A DNA stretch of 64,000 bases from Kofleriaceae bacterium (GTDB taxonomy: Bacteria; Myxococcota_A; Polyangia; Haliangiales; Haliangiaceae), in contig JAWKQX010000006.1 in assembly GCA_041389925.1 (NCBI GenBank), positions 215,837 to 279,836 on the forward strand, written 5' to 3'. Below, one piece after another: positions 60,540-64,000 of this stretch. Numbering within the stretch: the stretch's first letter is position 1; every line of letters starts with the position of its first letter. The notes beneath the pieces were generated by a model that did not search any database, was not told where the DNA came from, and worked only from the letters and a program-made list of their open reading frames with translations. The position numbers and the translations under genes are program-made.

Positions 60540-61289
60540 TTACTCGGTTTGCTTGGCGAGCTCCGCCGGGCCCAGGTCTTTTGCGGTCTCCACGACCGCG
60601 GCGGTCTCCGGTGCGCGCATCCCCAGCTCGACCTCCAGCCCCTTGAGGGCGTCCTCGGCGAGAGACTGCTCCATGCGCTCTTCGGCGTGGATCTTGTCCA
60701 TGCCCTCGGACGAGAGGTCGGACGCGACGCGCGCCTTGCCGCGGTTGGCGTCGATCTTTCCCTGGATGACCGACTCGAGCTGGCCGAAGTCGGTGGTCAG
60801 GTTGATGTCGAAGCTCTGCGAGAGCTTGGCGACCTCGGCCTCCGCCTCGCTCATCTTGAGCTCGGCGTCGTAGCGCGTGATCTTCTCTTTGACCTCGACC
60901 AGCTTCTTGTTGGCGTGCTGGATCTTCTTGAGGTTGTTCTGATAGGCCTGCTCGTGCATCACGAGCTGCTCGCGGTTCTGCTCGACCTGGGTCTTGGCCT
61001 TCTGTAGCTCCAGCGCGAACTTCGAGGCGGTGTCGCGATCGCCCGCCTTGAGGTACGCCTTGGCCTGCGCCGTCAGCTTGGCGATCTGGGTATCGCCGTC
61101 CTTGACCTGACGAGACACGCGCTCGACCAAGCCGCGGTATTGCTCGAGCCCCACGCGACCTTCTTTGAGTTGCTCGACTGCGAGATCGTATTCGTACTGC
61201 ATCTGCGCGATCGGATCTGCTTCCCAGAAAAAGTTGGCCAGCTTGTTGAGCTGCGCCCGCATCGCACCGAAGAACTTCTTGAAGATCAT
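60540..61289 (-). CDS. pspA: PspA/IM30 (phage shock protein A / Vipp1) family protein
   Basis: MIFKKFFGAMRAQLNKLANFFWEADPIAQMQYEYDLAVEQLKEG... coiled-coil PspA pattern, 249 aa. GGAGG RBS upstream of ATG 61289. Confidence 0.8.
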   Translation of the reverse strand: MIFKKFFGAMRAQLNKLANFFWEADPIAQMQYEYDLAVEQLKEGRVGLEQYRGLVERVSRQVKDGDTQIAKLTAQAKAYLKAGDRDTASKFALELQKAKTQVEQNREQLVMHEQAYQNNLKKIQHANKKLVEVKEKITRYDAELKMSEAEAEVAKLSQSFDINLTTDFGQLESVIQGKIDANRGKARVASDLSSEGMDKIHAEERMEQSLAEDALKGLEVELGMRAPETAAVVETAKDLGPAELAKQTE

Positions 61290-61639
61290 CAGGTCCTCCC
61301 CTGAGCCGCCGGCGGCTTGCCGACCCCAGGACAGTAACGGCAGGGCGAGGCAGGGACAAGCGCCCCCCCCGTCCATCGCACCCGCGCGAGCCCCGCCGCG
61401 CGCCGGGCCGCGCGGCGAGCTGGTCGACACCGGCTCGTGAGGTGCGCGCCGCGGCCTCGCGAGACGCGCGCCTTCCGTTGCGGCTCCAACCCGTGACGTG
61501 CGCAAGCAGAGGCTCACCGGCGCGCGGGTACGTTCGGGGTAAAGCCGTCGTGCGGCTGGCCGACTGAGGCAGACACATCCTTTTGCTCGTCGGACTCGCA
61601 CGGAGGGTCGCGTCGAGCGCGGCTTCCCTGAGAGGAACT

Positions 61640-64000
61640 ATGACGATTTTTCGACGAGGCTTATGGATCGCAACAGTCTTCGGGTTGGCGAGCTGCTCGA
61701 ACGGCCGCAGCAAGGTCGCGGAGGTCGAGCAGCGCGTCCTCGGCGACAACGACGACGACGGCGTGCCCGACGAGGCGGACCTCGACGACGATAACGACGG
61801 TGTCCTGGACTCGATCGAGTGCCCGGCGCCGACGCTGGCGGCGCAGGAGTTCTGGGTGATGTTCAACCCGAACAACGGCCCGTCAGGGCGCCGCGATCTA
61901 CACGTCGCCGGTCCTCCAGGCACGTCGGTGATCATCGACGGCGGCGCTCCGGTGCTCATCCCGGCCGAGGGCATCCTCACCGTGGACACCGGGCTCGGCC
62001 GCATCCCGACGCCCAACATCGTCGAGAGCGGGAAGGCCATCCTGGTCACGTCCTCGGCGCCGGTGCAGGTCTTCGCCAACAACTTTCAGTCGTTCACCGT
62101 CGACGCCTTCACGGTGGTCCCGGTGCAGCTCCTCGGCACCGACTATCGCGCGATCGGCTATCCGAACGCCATTGGTCAGCCGTCGCAGGTCTCGGTGTAC
62201 GCGACCGAGGACAACACGACGGTCACCATCGAGGGGATCGCTCCGTTCGTCCTCAACCGCGGGCAGTCGTACCTGCGCTCGTTGGTCGGTGACGCGACCG
62301 GCCTGCGCGTCGTCTCGGACAAGCCGGTCGCGGTCAACGCCGGCGATAGCTGCCTCAATACCGGCGATGGGTTCTGCGACCACGTCGAGGAGATGCTCTT
62401 CCCGGTGGACTCGTGGGCGAGCGAGTTCTACGTGCCGGTGATCCCGCAGGGGCAGAACTTCCGTGTCGTCGCGGCGACCGACGGCACCGTTGTCAACGTC
62501 GACGGTGTAGACGTGGCCACGCTCGCCGCCGGGCAGGCCTACCAGGGCGCCGGCGGCGGGCACCGCATCACCGCCAGCAACCCGGCCGAGGTCTACATGA
62601 TCGCCCTCGGCGACACCAGCGGGACCGGCGACCCCGCGTTCATCCTCTTGCCCGGCGCGCAGAACGGCGTCGGCACCGCCACGTTCAGCGCGCTCGCCGC
62701 CGACAACGAGAACACGCTGGTGGTCTCCATGCCGACGGTGGCGGTGGGGACGCTCATGCTCGATGGCGCGCCGGTGGCCCCGACCTGGACTCCGTATCCA
62801 GGGGGGGCCTACTCCTACGCGTCGATCGCCGTCGCGGTGGGCTCGCATACGCTGTCCGCGGATCAGGCCTTCATCCCGGTGGTGTGGGGCGAGAAGCCCT
62901 TCGAGAGCTACGGCTACGTCGCGGGCTATGGGTACCCGCCCGGCGTGTGCACCACCGACACCGACGGCGACGGCATCATCGATAGCTTCGACCCGGACAG
63001 CGACGGCGACGGCATCAACGACGTCGACGAGTCCGGCGGCACGGACCTCGATCGAGACGGCCGCGCCGATGGGCCGGTCGACAGCGACGGCGTGCCCGAC
63101 TCCGCGGGGGGCGGCACCACGCCGCCGGACACCGACGGCGACGGCACGCCCGACAACCTGGACTCCGATAGCGACAACGACGGCGTCAACGACGACACCG
63201 ACAGCCACCGCACCAACGCCTTCCTCTGCCGCGATGTCGACGGCGACACCTGCAACGACTGCTCCGTCACGGGGCCGGATCAGTCCGGCGGCGACGTCAA
63301 CAACGACGGGCCGGACACCGACAGCGACGGGCAGTGCAACGCGTTCGACTCGGACGACGACAACGACGGCGTGCCGGATGTGCTCGACAGCAACGCGACC
63401 GACCCGCGGCAGTGCCGCGACGTCGACGCCGACGGCTGCGACGACTGCTCGGTCACCGGCGCGAACAACTCCGGCGGTGACGTCGCCAACGACGGGCCGG
63501 ACACCGACAGCGACGGGGCCTGCAACGTCGGCGATCCGGACGACGATAACGATGGGGCGCTCGATCCGGTGGACTCGGATGACGGAAACCCGTTCATCTG
63601 CTCGGACACGGACGGCGACACCTGCGAGGACTGCTCGAGCGGGATGTACAACCCGGCGGCCGACGGGCCGGACCTGGACGGCGACGGGAGCTGCGACGCC
63701 GGCGATCCGGACGACGACGACGACGGCGTGCCGGACGGCACCGACAACTGCCCGGGCGTGGACAACCCCGACCAGGCAGACTTCGACGGGGACGGCGCCG
63801 GCGACGCGTGCGATGACGACGACGACAACGACGGCCTCAGCGACGTGCTGGAGCTGGCCGCGCGCAGCAACCCCTTCGACGCGGACACCGATGACGACGG
63901 CCTGATCGACGGCGTGGAGTTCAACCCCGGCGGCGACACCGACGGCGACGGCATCCCGAACGTCCTGGACGCGGACTCCGACAACGACGGCCTGTTCGAC
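61640..64000 (+). CDS. secreted lipoprotein with N-terminal IgGFc-binding-like beta-domain and thrombospondin type-3 (Ca-binding, DxDxDGxxD) repeats; 3' end beyond the window
   Basis: ATG 61640 with a gagagga RBS, lipobox LASC. No stop codon in frame to position 64000. More than a dozen repeats of the type DTDGDGIPNVLDADSDNDGLFD. The minus-strand ORFs here are repeat shadows. Confidence 0.7.
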   Translation, partial: MTIFRRGLWIATVFGLASCSNGRSKVAEVEQRVLGDNDDDGVPDEADLDDDNDGVLDSIECPAPTLAAQEFWVMFNPNNGPSGRRDLHVAGPPGTSVIIDGGAPVLIPAEGILTVDTGLGRIPTPNIVESGKAILVTSSAPVQVFANNFQSFTVDAFTVVPVQLLGTDYRAIGYPNAIGQPSQVSVYATEDNTTVTIEGIAPFVLNRGQSYLRSLVGDATGLRVVSDKPVAVNAGDSCLNTGDGFCDHVEEMLFPVDSWASEFYVPVIPQGQNFRVVAATDGTVVNVDGVDVATLAAGQAYQGAGGGHRITASNPAEVYMIALGDTSGTGDPAFILLPGAQNGVGTATFSALAADNENTLVVSMPTVAVGTLMLDGAPVAPTWTPYPGGAYSYASIAVAVGSHTLSADQAFIPVVWGEKPFESYGYVAGYGYPPGVCTTDTDGDGIIDSFDPDSDGDGINDVDESGGTDLDRDGRADGPVDSDGVPDSAGGGTTPPDTDGDGTPDNLDSDSDNDGVNDDTDSHRTNAFLCRDVDGDTCNDCSVTGPDQSGGDVNNDGPDTDSDGQCNAFDSDDDNDGVPDVLDSNATDPRQCRDVDADGCDDCSVTGANNSGGDVANDGPDTDSDGACNVGDPDDDNDGALDPVDSDDGNPFICSDTDGDTCEDCSSGMYNPAADGPDLDGDGSCDAGDPDDDDDGVPDGTDNCPGVDNPDQADFDGDGAGDACDDDDDNDGLSDVLELAARSNPFDADTDDDGLIDGVEFNPGGDTDGDGIPNVLDADSDNDGLFD
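62940..64000 (+). repeat. tandem thrombospondin type-3-like coding repeats (GAC/GGC-rich)
   Basis: Repeated gacaccgacggcgacggc / gacagcgacaacgacggc units. Confidence 0.8.

Noticed and set aside
61898-63984. Minus-strand ORFs of 436, 114 and 234 aa across the TSP3 repeat region
   Set aside because: Ser/Pro-rich translations are generated by the antisense of GAC/GGC repeats. The plus strand encodes canonical DxDxDG calcium-binding repeats with a lipoprotein signal.

Overview
This window is high-GC (about 70%) bacterial chromosomal DNA. Gene content points to Myxococcota: Ser/Thr kinases with TPR tails, PEGA domains, FHA plus sigma-54 activators, TSP3-repeat lipoproteins, and many Ala/Arg-rich shadow ORFs. 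I found no rRNA, tRNA or CRISPR array.

The left 13.5 kb is accessory and mobile DNA:
- A truncated IS3-family element, with orfA and orfB overlapping in the usual IS3 arrangement.
- A translationally coupled DUF262 (DGQQR) plus HipA-like kinase pair, which is my top candidate for an undescribed defense or toxin module.
- An Fe-alcohol dehydrogenase.
- A possible transposase HTH remnant and a degenerate C5-cytosine methyltransferase.
- A DUF4157-type polymorphic toxin with an overlapping immunity gene.
- An unidentified two-gene module.

Next comes a sigma factor coupled to a Ser/Thr kinase that carries an N-terminal zf-HC2 anti-sigma domain. A second polymorphic-toxin locus follows at 18.0-23.7 kb. 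It holds a Sec-secreted 722-aa toxin, three paralogous ~280-aa putative immunity genes, two degraded orphan toxin 3' fragments, an IS21 istB fragment, and a 207-bp direct repeat of the ridA 3' end.

The rest looks like core genome:
- RidA, a DUF2132 protein, an M14 carboxypeptidase and MltA.
- A tandem DsbA-like pair. The first copy has an in-frame TGA exactly at the first Cys of the CxxC motif, followed by a SECIS-like hairpin, so I predict a selenoprotein.
- A DUF4291 protein, an SDR oxidoreductase, thioredoxin and a class II-like photolyase.
- A beta-barrel outer-membrane protein and a ~2600-aa TPR giant.
- A crotonase, GlpD, a lipoprotein, an FHA plus sigma-54 activator and a PEGA protein.
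- A PspA-led operon encoding an ABC transporter (its substrate-binding protein fused to an OmpA domain), a membrane coiled-coil protein and an AAA+ ATPase.
- A partial TSP3-repeat lipoprotein at the right edge.
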